Part shown: positions 53,006-63,807 of the stretch, in pieces
Position numbering within the stretch: the stretch's first letter is position 1
Layout of the letters: each line of letters opens with the position of its first letter
DNA from: Octopus bimaculoides
Lineage: Eukaryota
Length of the DNA stretch: 63,807 nucleotides
Direction of reading: 5' to 3'
Assembly: GCF_001194135.2 (NCBI RefSeq)
Contig: NC_068981.1
Coordinates: forward strand, 81,738,394-81,802,200
Notes under the pieces: generated by a model
What the model saw: only the letters and a program-made list of their open reading frames with translations
Database searches by the model: none
Told to the model about the DNA's origin: nothing
Translations under genes and position numbers: made by a program

Positions 53006-53579
53006 ACTGTATTTATACCTTTTTAACTGATAACATTAAGGAAAAACATAACCTATCATGGTCACCATTAAAGCTAGTATAATTTCCACATTATTCTTGG
53101 TTTATTCATGGATTAGAAATTTTTTCAGTTACAAGCACCACAACAGGAATTGCATACATTTTTACGTACAGAAATCATGCAGTATGTTTTGCTATCTGTA
53201 TAAATCATCGTGAGATGTTCATTACTAAAGAAATTGATAAGGATTGGAAAATATAGAGTGGATATTTTGGTCTATTATATGTACATCAAATAACGAGTGG
53301 TCTCATACATTTGCTCAACAAAAGAGATCATTGTGTTAATTCTGCTAAATTGTTTTGTAAACTGAACCACAGATTATATTTCTAATGAGTTGTAATGATA
53401 AACAGTATTGTTATTAACATTGTACAAAGTGAGAAGTTGGCAATGTTTCTTTTTTTTGTATGTGTGTGTGTGTAATTTATTTTGAAGAATGTTTTCAATA
53501 GGATATTTGTTAAATAATATATTTCATATAATGTAATATATTATCCAACAAATACTCTACTGAAAACATTCAATATCTA

Positions 53580-53614
<35 letters not shown>

Positions 53615-54082
53615 ATATAGGTTGAAGGTGTTGCACTCATGATTGCGATATCATGGTTTCAATTTCAAGATTGGGAGGTGCATTGTGTTCTTGAGTAAAA
53701 CACTTCATCTCACATTGCTCTGTAATCACTTCAACACCTGATGTATGGCACACTGTGCCCCTGTTCAGACATCGATTTGATGGAGAAAATTAGCTAATGT
53801 GCAACATCAACATTTGCTCACTATAAATGAAGCACTTGTGCAGGTTGTTCTGTAAGAGCTGAACGCTCATACATCGTCTTCGAAAGGAGACTCCATCATA
53901 CATATATAGTTGGAATTTACAAAAAAACAAAAGATGAAGACAGGTGTGTACAACAAACAGGTGTAATAGCTTAATGCTCGGGAAGGTGAAAAAGTGTTTT
54001 ACGTTTTGAGGCTATGCCCTTCAACAGAAAGGAACACGAGAAAATAAACAGAGAAAGAATTTGAATATATATATATATATAT

Positions 54083-54470
54083 AGGTGCAGGCATGGATGT
54101 ATTGTTAAGAAGCTTGCTTTGCAATCACATGGCTTTGAGCCCAGTGCCACAGCACAGCACCTTGAGAAAGTGTCTTCTCTGAAAGCCACAAGCTAACTAA
54201 AGTCTTGTGAGTGAATTTGATAGACAGAAACTGCATAGAAATCTGTTGTATTTGAATGTGATTGACTATCTTTGTTTCACACGATGTTGGTTTCTTAACA
54301 TCCCCATAACATAGCAGATTGGCAAAGGAGACCAACAGAATAAAACTTTGAGTTAAAAAAAAAAAACAAACGTAATACTGGGTTTGATTTGTTTGACGAA
54401 AGTCCTTCAAGGTGGTGCCCCAGCATGGCTCCAGTCCAATGACTGAAACAAGTAAAAGATAAAATACACA
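54083..54470 (+). mobile_element. Degenerate SINE family B copy
   Basis: Colinear with 28099-28499. Confidence 0.75.
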
Positions 54471-56560
54471 CACAACATAACTTGATCCCCAGTTCTAAAT
54501 GTAAAATGTGATTTGAATATATGAACCACTTTAGAGTACATAACACAGTGACCTCCCTTGTGGTGTGAACATGTAAGAGCAACAAACAATCTTGGTATTT
54601 ACAACTCTTCCAAGTCAAGACATTTTAGTAGAATGTATTGGTTGAAGAAGGAAATCAATGAGGATGTTCAAAGGAACGAAATTAATTTGAAAAACTTGCT
54701 GTACAGTTAGATAACTTTGGGTCAGAACGAATGTCAAACGAAGAAATGAAAAAAATGTTCATGTTCAAGAAAGAAATGAGAGAGATTAAGTATACAGCTC
54801 AGGTAAGTAAGTTATTACAATATTACAGGTGTGGAAGATACTAATACACAAATGAAGTCAAATTTTCATGTTTGAAATGAGAAATGTTGTTATAGGGTAC
54901 TTTTATTTCTGAAAAGTTATATAAACTACGTGCATACATATACTGTAGAGGGAAATGGGCCAATATAGAATGGAAGGTAGTTATAGAATGAATGAAAGAA
55001 AGATCGTGAGATACATAGATGTGGAAAGAGTAAGTAAAGATAAATGTTTTAAAACTAATTATTTATGATAAGGAAATCTAGACTTACTTTTACACCAGCT
55101 CGAAGAATTCCTCCCCCCATTAAAACTATTAGATACAAAAATAGAGAAAAAAATAAATAAAAAGCAAATGAAATTATAGCTTTTTTTTTTTAAGTAGAGA
55201 AATCAATCATAGAATGTAACTGATCATTGATGAATAACAATGATTTAGTGGACTGGCTAAAACAAAACAAAAAAATAGAAACTCCAAAGCACACAAAAAT
55301 ACTCAATCCTCTTTTTACCATCTTAATGCAGTGATTATTAAACATATTAGTTTGTTTTTTAGATACAAAACCAATATTTATAGGGAAGGGTTACTATCAA
55401 TTGAATTGATTTTTGTGGTCACTTACTGGACTTTGCTTCAATGACCTCACAACCACCAAAATATGAGAAGCAGAGTTGAGTTTGGCAGGATTTAAACCCA
55501 TTCATAAACAAAAGGTGTGCAATGAAATGCTTTAATGCAAATGGATACACACACGCATACATGCACATGCTTGCAGACAAATACACATCTTGCAGAGAAA
55601 TGCACATCTTGTACACAAATGCACATTCTATCTCACTTTTGAATTTGAAAGTAAATATTGATCAAATTAAAATATTTTTCAGACTAGTTATACATGCTGT
55701 AAAACTTTGGCTTAACATTCAAATTTTTTTTTTTTTTGAAGAATGACTGTTCTTCCATAATAAATTTCAAGGACCAAAAAAAAAAAAAAAAGAGAGAAAA
55801 AAAAGGACAAAAAGAGAAAATAATGGCAGCAGATGAAATCAAGGAAACTATGTTGCCATTAGTATCTCATTAGAACAGAAAGACTCAAAAATTACACTGA
55901 TTCAGCTCTTGAATTATATTCTCTATTGCAGGTAGATAAAACGATATTCATCATTGGATTTCTAATAGATGTAACTGGAATGTGTGTTACTTCTGTATAA
56001 ACATTAACAGGCTGGGTACAAGTAGAGTCATTTTAACAGTATTAAAGACCTCCAGACAAAGCAATGCATGGAGTCCTTACATACATAAACTGGGAGCTTC
56101 TACATGGCTTTTACACATACTAGAAATAGCAACCAAATTCCCTGGGCACTAAATTAAAATGTAGGTCTATACACCTCTAAAAAGACAGGGCAGTCAAGGC
56201 TGGAGTGTCATGAATTACATGTTTGCTCACTCAGGTCTGGCCTCGGACTTAACAACAACAACGTGAGTGAATTCTAATAGTTTTAGTCAAGAATGGAAAT
56301 AGAGTGCTAACTTGAATAGCAGCACACTTGCTGCTTTTCTATAGTATGTCATAAGTGACAACAAAATGATGATGTGACAATGAACGCAGAAAATCTGGAA
56401 GGGGTTGGAGAGAAATGAGTCGAATATACTTTATTAGATTTGCAGTCATAACTTACTTGAAAACCAGAACAAAAAACGAGCTGAGAGAGTATGTGGGCAT
56501 TTAAGATAGCAGCCACTGTATGCAGAATGAGATCATAACGGATTGACTAGAATGACTGTA

Positions 56561-56778
56561 CAGTAGAAACTCGGTTTTTGAACAACTCTGATCACGAATA
56601 AATCGTACTTCATCTCCTGTCTTTCTCATATTCCTTTAATACAGTAGTACTCCGGTTTATGAACGCTTCTGATCATGAACAAATCATGCTTTATATATAT
56701 CTATATTATATATATCCATATATATATAAAGCACAATTTATTTGCGATCAGAGTTTTTCAAAAAGCGAGGTACTACTG
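56561..56778. mobile_element. Tigger-like hairpin MITE (56642-56778) with an extra left-arm copy (56561-56610)
   Basis: TA-CAGTAGTAC...TGATC...gctttatatata / tatatataaagc...GATCA...GTACTACTG-TA. Confidence 0.75.
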
Positions 56779-57928
56779 TATGTCATAGTGTTGCTTATTA
56801 AACCCATGCCAGCAAGGAAACACATTCAATGCTAAAAGATGATTCTTGTACGCAGGCATGAGACCAACTGTTGAAAAAGAATGGATTATTATACGTAGCA
56901 TTAACACCTGTATATTTCAGGTAATATGTAAACTTAGTCATGGAAACTGGAACTGAGAAAAGGGAAAGTAATTACTATAATGAAATTGATAAACCATATG
57001 GTTTTCCAATTTTATATTACTCTCTCAGTGAAATATAAATAATTATAAAAATGATTTTCTTATATTAACATAAGATCACAAATTGAAGAGGGATGGCTCT
57101 GTAAGATTTAGTTAGCCAAGACATGTCATATGTTACAATAGTACCATAGAACTCCTGAAGGGGCCAAAGACAAGGCACATTCGTTTAAGACCACAAATTT
57201 GTAGTAAAAACATCATGTTTTATCCACTGAAGAATATTGGTGGTAGTCAATTTATAAATTCCGAAAGGATAGGAAAAAATAAAAACACCACAAATAGGTG
57301 AAGTATTGAGTTGATTGACTGAATTGAGTTCAAGATCCCAGATATATGAGCAGAGTAAGTCGATTACAGGGAGATCTGAACTCAAAGTCGTGGAAGAAAA
57401 CTGAATACTGTAAAAAAACTGCTCTTCTGTTTCCAGACCCCCAACCATCTTATTATAATAATGACAACAACAATAACTACGATTATATCACAGGTCCATG
57501 GCAACACATATTTGAAAGTGTTATAGTTGATATAACTTCACTGAACCTCAATTAATCGACCCAAAAAGAGTGACAAAAGATAACCTAGAATTTGAAATTT
57601 AAGAGTAGTTAAATACCAGAATGTATACTTTCTGGTACTCTACTTTTTATGTCTGATTTTCTTTCGAAGACAATGAAATCAGTTATCCTTTTCATTAATG
57701 AAGAGGACATAGTCGATTAAATTAATACTGAAAACACACGAGTTGTGTCTATTTTCATCATCTTCTGGTGGAATGACTTGTAAAACAAAACAAAGAAACG
57801 AGGGATTTTGATGAAAGAAACGACTGAAAATAAAATACTAAGAAGGATAACTGTGACATTTTGTCAAGAGTTATCTCCTTCTAAATTATGCAAATCGACT
57901 AGAATTTGTTCATAAACAGTTACACAAA

Positions 57929-57977
<49 letters not shown>

Positions 57978-58227
57978 TAAAAAGCAATTCGTTCAACATT
58001 CGTTATCAAACAAAAATTCTTGAAGTTAATTCTTTTTTTTAACAATTTAAAAATAAAATATTGACTTAACATCACAGATTAGTTTGTCACAATGTAACCA
58101 TTTTGAAATCGTTTTCAAACTTTTTTTTTATGCATATATATGCAAGAAATGGATTAAAAATTTTAACATGCAAAATAAGCAAACAAAAACAGAAAATAAA
58201 TTTCTGTCCTAAAACTAATAAAGGCCA

Positions 58228-58271
<44 letters not shown>

Positions 58272-58415
58272 AATTATTAGTAATTATGCCAATGCTTCAT
58301 ACTTTGTAAGAAGCACTAGAAGCCAAGGAGAGGTGTTGTATTTTATCCCTTATATTTCCATGAGGAATAATGCTACGGATTGGTGATACTGGATAAGTAT
58401 CCAAAGATTGCTTAC

Positions 58416-58496
58416 GTTGACACCTGGCGGATGCAGAACTGCTCAAATATTGCTTTGGTTTCTTACCACTGTGGTCCCTGATGTTTGGGTTGGCTT
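58416..58496 (-). CDS. sowah: Internal exon (81 nt, phase 1-1) of an ankyrin-repeat gene, sosondowah/SOWAH-like: (x)ANPNIRDHSGKKPKQYLSSSASARCQ
   Basis: Acceptor ttctatttcttcacAG at 58497-58499 and donor GTAAGC at 58415-58410. The peptide carries the IRDxSGKKxxQYL motif that I recognise as the end of the last ankyrin repeat in SOWAH-family proteins (recall, no database search). Confidence 0.75.
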
Positions 58497-58799
58497 CTGT
58501 GAAGAAATAGAAAACGTAAGAAATGAGAGAAGGTAGAGGGGGGGGGGAGAAAGAGAGAGAAATGAAGGTAAAAAAGAAATTTAAAGAGATTTGCACACTT
58601 TGGAAGATTTTAGCGTTATAAGCTATTAAAAGAGTAATTTATAATAATTGGAGCATTTCAAACGATATTTTAGAAGGTTGAAGATGATAATTTTTTTCTT
58701 CAAATATGTTGAATGCATGGAAAATGTCATAGCCTATTTTCAATACATCCCTTATAAGCTATCTCTCATTTGTTTTGTGTCCATTTTTCTATGCTAGCA

Positions 58800-59181
58800 G
58801 AGGCGCAATGGCCCAGTGGTTAGGGCAGCGGACTCGTAGTCATAGGATCGCGGTTTCGATTCCCAGACGGGGCGTTATGAGTGTTTATAGAGTGAAAACA
58901 CCTAAAGCTCCACAAAGCTCTGGCAGGGGATGGTGGCGAACCCTGCTGTACTCTTTCACCACAACTTTCTCTCACTCTTACTTCCTGTTTCTGTTGTGCC
59001 TGTAATTCAAAGGGTCAGCCTTGTCACACTGTGTCATGCTGAATATCCCCGAGAACTACGTTAAGGGTACATGTGTCTGTAGAGTGCTCAGCCACTTGCA
59101 CATTAATTTCACGAGCAGGCTGTTTTGTTGATCAGATCAACTGGAACCCTCGATGTCGTAAGCAACGGAGTGCCAACAACA
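58800..59181 (+). mobile_element. tRNA-derived SINE (family C), full length, with a 9-bp TSD
   Basis: A and B boxes present. ATGCTAGCA at 58791-58799 and 59182-59190. Confidence 0.9.
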
Positions 59182-59652
59182 ATGCTAGCACAAGTTAGGT
59201 GCAGACTTATGTGGGGGCAGTATTATATAGATGGATGGCTTTCTAGTAAAACCCTTTTTTCATGTACGGCATTCTTTTTACATCACTGGTCTTGAAAAGC
59301 AAAGAGTGATGGGGTAGAGAATCAACAGAGAATGTAAACACCATATTACTGTTTCCTGCTTCATACAGGGATACGACAGGAAAAGCTGTGAAATATCAAT
59401 ATTTGTGCACACACATGCAACAGGATCCCATGTAGTTTCCATCTATCAATACTACCCACAAAACATTTGTCACTCTGAAGCTATAGTAGAAGACACCAGC
59501 CCTGAGTGTCATGCACTGAGAGAGAACACTGATGCAAATATTCAGGATAGGTCTCAAGTTTGAGAAAACATTCTCCTTCCTTCTCTGTAAAGAAATTATA
59601 TGTACTGCCTTTCTGCCTGACTAGAAGATAAAAAGTGAAAGAAAAAATGGAC

Positions 59653-59688
<36 letters not shown>

Positions 59689-59710
59689 AAAGTTAGTTTG
59701 GAGGGATATA

Positions 59711-60301
59711 GGATCTTTTTTAAAACGGGGGCCACATTTTTCATTAACGAAACACTTTGAAACTTGGAACACTGGTAGAATGTGTCATATAAAACATCTT
59801 TTTCTCTTAGTCTTCTTAACAAAAAAAGAAATCCATAAATTATTCCATGTTAAAGTTGTCGTATTTCTGTAATTTCAACCAATCACTGACGTCCATTCAG
59901 CCGATATACATTAAGCGCCGACTACATAAACAAACGATTCTGAAACAATTAACCCTAACCCTAACCCTAACTCTAACCCTAACCCTAACCGTAGGGTTAG
60001 GGTTAGAGTTAGGGTTAGGGTTAGGGTTAAAGCAAATTTAAAATGAAAAAAGCAAATAAAACGAAGAATCGTTTGTTTATGTAGTCGGCACTTAATGTAT
60101 ATCGGCTGAATGGACGTCAGTGATTGGTTGAAATTATCGAAATAAGACAATTTTTTACATGAAATAAATTCGAATACAAAAATATTTTTCTGTTCTATAA
60201 CACAAAATAGATAAGTATACGAAGTTTGAAAGTCTTTCGGTACCAAAAACACTACGTAAAACATTAATGAAAAATGTGGCCCCCCGTTTTAAAAAAGATC
60301 C
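59711..60301. mobile_element. Foldback MITE with an 8-bp TSD and central mirrored (CCCTAA)n/(TTAGGG)n arrays
   Basis: TSD GGGATATA at 59703-59710 and 60302-60309, terminal IR of about 37 bp starting GGATCTTTTTTAAAACGGGGGCC, and inner IR 59870-59941 / 60066-60136. Confidence 0.9.
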
Positions 60302-60399
60302 GGGATATATTATCCGGGTGGATACTGTATTAGCTCTCGGTTAAGTTCCAGTTAACAGCTAACCATTTGCAACAGTGAGTAGTCACAGTGGCAGAAGCA

Positions 60400-60830
60400 T
60401 GAGTGGAATTTGCAACACCAATCTGGAACCCCTATCTTGCTCAGGACATTGACCTCCTGGAAACTTTTCAGAGACGTGCAACCAAGCGAATACACTCCAT
60501 CATGCATCTACCATATTCTGAATTCCTTGCTTCTCTGGGCATAGATATACAGAAGCTCTGACCTCTGGCAACTGACTTAGTAAACACCCATAAAATTATT
60601 AACCATTGCACCAACAACCACCTTGAACCCCTCCATGTGCATGCCTACAAAAGGGAAAATAGCACAGCTCCCATGACTTTCGGAAACATTTTTTCACACT
60701 CAGAGTTGATGAGGCATGGAACAAACTACCTGCATCAGTTGTTAGTTGCCGAGACATTGTATCCTTTATAACCTCCATGCTTCCTGAAATTCATCAACGC
60801 TACACCTGATATCCCCCACCCTCCAAACGC
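60400..60830 (+). mobile_element. CR1-clade LINE 3' end
   Basis: IWNPYLAQDIDLLETFQRRATKRI...FRKHFFTLRVDEAWNKLPASVV. Confidence 0.85.
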
Positions 60831-60938
60831 ATGCACACATGTATATCGTGACTCTTAAACTATTCACTTTCCTAACTTTTGTATATAATTCTATGTACTG
60901 TACATGCACCTTTGATGAGTTGTAGTGCACCTTTAGCA

Positions 60939-61314
60939 CTCTTTTACTCTTTTACTTGTTTCAGTCATTTGACTGCGGCCATGCTGGAGTACCGCCTTTA
61001 GTCGAGCAAATCGACCCCAGGACTTATTCTTTGTAAGCCTAGTACTTATTCTATCGGTCTCTTTTTGCCGAACCGCTAAGTTACGGGGACGTAAACACAC
61101 CAGCATCGGTTGTCAAGCGATGGTGGGGGGACAAACACAGACACACAAACATATATACGACAGGCTTCTTTCGGTTTCCGTCTACCAAATCCACTCACAA
61201 GGCTTTGGTCGGCCCGAGGCTATAGTAGAAGACACTTGCCCAAGGTGTCACGCAGTGGGACTGAACCCGGAACCATGTGGTTGGTAAGCAAGCTACTTTC
61301 CACACAGCCACTCC
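60939..61314 (-). mobile_element. SINE family B, full length
   Basis: Reverse complement of 28099-28499 with high identity. Confidence 0.9.
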
Positions 61315-61583
61315 ACAATAATTTCATTATTATTATTATTATTTCTTTAAAACAAACTTTGTGGATGTACAGCTCTCCATACTCTTTATTATTATTATGA
61401 ATAATATATAATATATATATATATATATGAAAGGAAAACAGACTGCTGCTTACTGTATGTTTGAATTAGCAGTTCAATGACATCATCATGGCATTGTATT
61501 GATGCAAGATGAAGAGGAGTAAAACCCTGTGGAAGGAAATAAAGAAATTTAATTAAAGCAGTAGAAATATAACGAAGTTAAGC

Positions 61584-61650
<67 letters not shown>

Positions 61651-61779
61651 CCAAATATATGGTACCCTAGGCATAACACCTATATGAACTTCTAACTTGT
61701 CGTCTCTTGAGGTCTCTGGGTGAGACTTGGATCCAACTTGTACAAATGCAAAACAAAAGTCAAACATAAAATAATAATA

Positions 61780-62217
61780 ATCTTTTCTACTACAGGTAAT
61801 AGGGGAGGTGTTAGTCAATTACATTAACTATAATGCTTGACTGGTACTTACTTTATCAACCCTAAAATGCAGAAAGGCAACGTCAACCTCCACAGAAAAT
61901 CCAAAAGAAATATCACCAAGCATTTTGTCTGGCATGCTAATGATTCTGTTAGCCTGCCATACTACTACTGCTACTACTGATATTAGTAATCCTTTCTACT
62001 AAAGGCACAAGCCCCAAAATTTGTGATGAAGGGATTAATCGATTACATCAACCCCAGTGTTTCACTGGTACTTAATTTATCAACCCTGAAAGGATGAAAA
62101 GCAAGCTTGTCCTCAGTGGAATTTGAACTCAGAACGTAGTGGTAGACAAAATACCTCTAAGCATTTCACCCAGCATGCTAATGATTCTGCCAGCTTGCTG
62201 CTTCGATGATGATGATG

Positions 62218-62261
<44 letters not shown>

Positions 62262-62770
62262 GTAATGATAATAAGGGTTTCAAATTTAGTCACAAGGGCA
62301 ACAATTTTGGGGGAGAGGATGAGTCGATTACATCGACCCCAGTGCATAACTGGTACTTGTGTTACCTACCCAAAAGGATTAACAGTTAAGCCAATGTTGG
62401 CAGAGTTTGGACTGAGAACATGCAGATGGAAGAAATGCCACAAAGTATTTGTCCAGTACAGATACAATTCTGTCAGCTTGATGCCTTAATAACAATGGGT
62501 TCAAATTTTAGCACAAGGCGAACAAATGCGCAAGAAAAGGAAATGTTGATTCCATCAACACCAGTGTTCAACTGGTACTACTTTTATCAATCCTGAAAAG
62601 ATGAAACGCAAAGTCGGCTTTGGCAGCATTTGAACTCAGAACATAAAGAGCTGGAAAAAGATGCCAATGATTCTACCAGCTCACTGCCTTAATAATAATA
62701 GTCCCAAGCTTGCACATAAGGCCAGCATTTTTGGGAGAGTGGGCTAAGTCATTTACATAGACCCCAGTGT
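61780..62770 (-). mobile_element. Second head-to-tail array of about five SINE family D-type copies with (AAT)n/(ACT)n spacers
   Basis: Units near 61780, 61990, 62275, 62495 and 62700. Confidence 0.85.
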
Positions 62771-63094
62771 TTCCTTACTACTGCTCAGAGATGCCCATAT
62801 TGTCAGCCACTAAGGGACATGTTTGAGTGGTTAAGGTCAAGCAAATGACAAGTAAATATGTGATATTGAGCAGAATATTTGCTATGATGATATTTCTACA
62901 TCAACCCTATAAGGATGAAATGCAAAGTCAACCACAGTGACTTAAATAATAGGTCTATGATGTACAGAGCTCAGTTGCACATGGCATTACAACTTGGTGG
63001 GAAAAACTAAAAGACGGGACAGAAAGCAGAAGTAAGTCAAATAAAGAAAAAAAAAAAAAAGAAACAGCAAAGAAGAATTTTATTGGAGAATATT

Positions 63095-63607
63095 TATCTA
63101 TATGAAGAATATAATATATAAATTATATATAACAAATATATATAATATACAAATTATATATAATATATATATATTATACATAATGAATATATATATTATA
63201 TATAATAATTATATATAATATATAAATATATATGATATATATATATTATACATAATGAATATATATAATAAATATATACAATATATAAATTATATATAAT
63301 ATATATATTATATATACTAAATATATATAATACATAAATTATATATATATATGTAGGAGATATATATATATATATGTAGGAGATATATATATATATATAA
63401 TATATATAATATGTAATATATATGGTATATATATGATATATATATATAATATATGATATATATGTAATATATATATGATATATATATAATATATATGGTA
63501 TATATATAATATATATATGATATATATATAATATATATATGATATATATATAATATATATATGATATATATATAATATATATATGATATATATATATAAT
63601 ATATATG

Positions 63608-63640
<33 letters not shown>

Positions 63641-63751
63641 TATATATATATATATATATGATATATAGTATATTATATATATTACATATAATCTATATAA
63701 TATATATATACATAGACGAATATATATATATACATAGACATATAAACACAC

Positions 63752-63800
<49 letters not shown>
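63095..63800. repeat. AT-only low-complexity/(TA)n satellite
   Basis: Seen directly. Recurrent atatatatgatatatatata units. Confidence 0.95.
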
Positions 63801-63803
<3 letters not shown>

Positions 63804-63807
63804 ATAT

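Noticed and set aside
53985-54035. Second hammerhead-like core on the minus strand (CTGTTGA-A-GGGC-ATA-GCCT-CAAAAC)
   Set aside because: Two core positions deviate and I could not form stems I and III with an NUH site. At most it is a decayed pLTR.
58297-58415. Read-through of the ankyrin exon to ...LASSASYKV* as the true C-terminus
   Set aside because: A good GTAAGC donor and four downstream in-phase exons explain the gene better. It remains possible only as an intron-retention isoform.
58800-58875. tRNA gene (also at 2995-3069 and 28105-28180)
   Set aside because: A and B boxes are present but I could not fold a full cloverleaf. Each continues into a SINE body, and the family C copies have TSDs.
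59949-60030. Ancestral telomere-telomere fusion site
   Set aside because: The orientation is CCCTAA then TTAGGG, opposite to a fusion scar. The arrays are short and lie inside a TSD-flanked element.

Overview
AT-rich eukaryotic draft-genome window with several N gaps and dense microsatellites. The SINE/LINE complement looks like that of an octopod cephalopod (Octopus-like); this is from recall, not a search. One protein-coding gene is recoverable, on the minus strand, as five small exons that the ORF track does not resolve: 58416-58496, 24032-24064, 22073-22296, 14639-14742 and 9884-9944. All four introns (34,351, 1,735, 7,330 and 4,694 bp) are GT-AG with compatible phases. The exons give one open frame of 166 aa, from an ankyrin-repeat end (ANPNIRDHSGKKPKQYL, sosondowah/SOWAH-like) to ...SSSFV*. 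The 5' exons lie beyond the right edge of the window. The rest is transposon-derived: at least four tRNA-type SINE families, RTE, CR1/L2, R4/Dong-like and Penelope-like remnants, and Tc1/mariner elements (a DD36E copy with TIRs, two DD37D maT copies, mariner), plus MITEs and foldbacks. Best leads: (1) a perfect 42-bp inverted repeat bracketing the 33-nt frame-preserving exon; (2) an in-frame stop hidden in a 5' splice site that could switch the C-terminus between DFV* and SFV*; (3) a foldback element with an 8-bp TSD and mirrored telomere-type arrays; (4) a minimal hammerhead ribozyme fold beside a Penelope-like remnant. Repeat boundaries are approximate unless a TSD or TIR is given.
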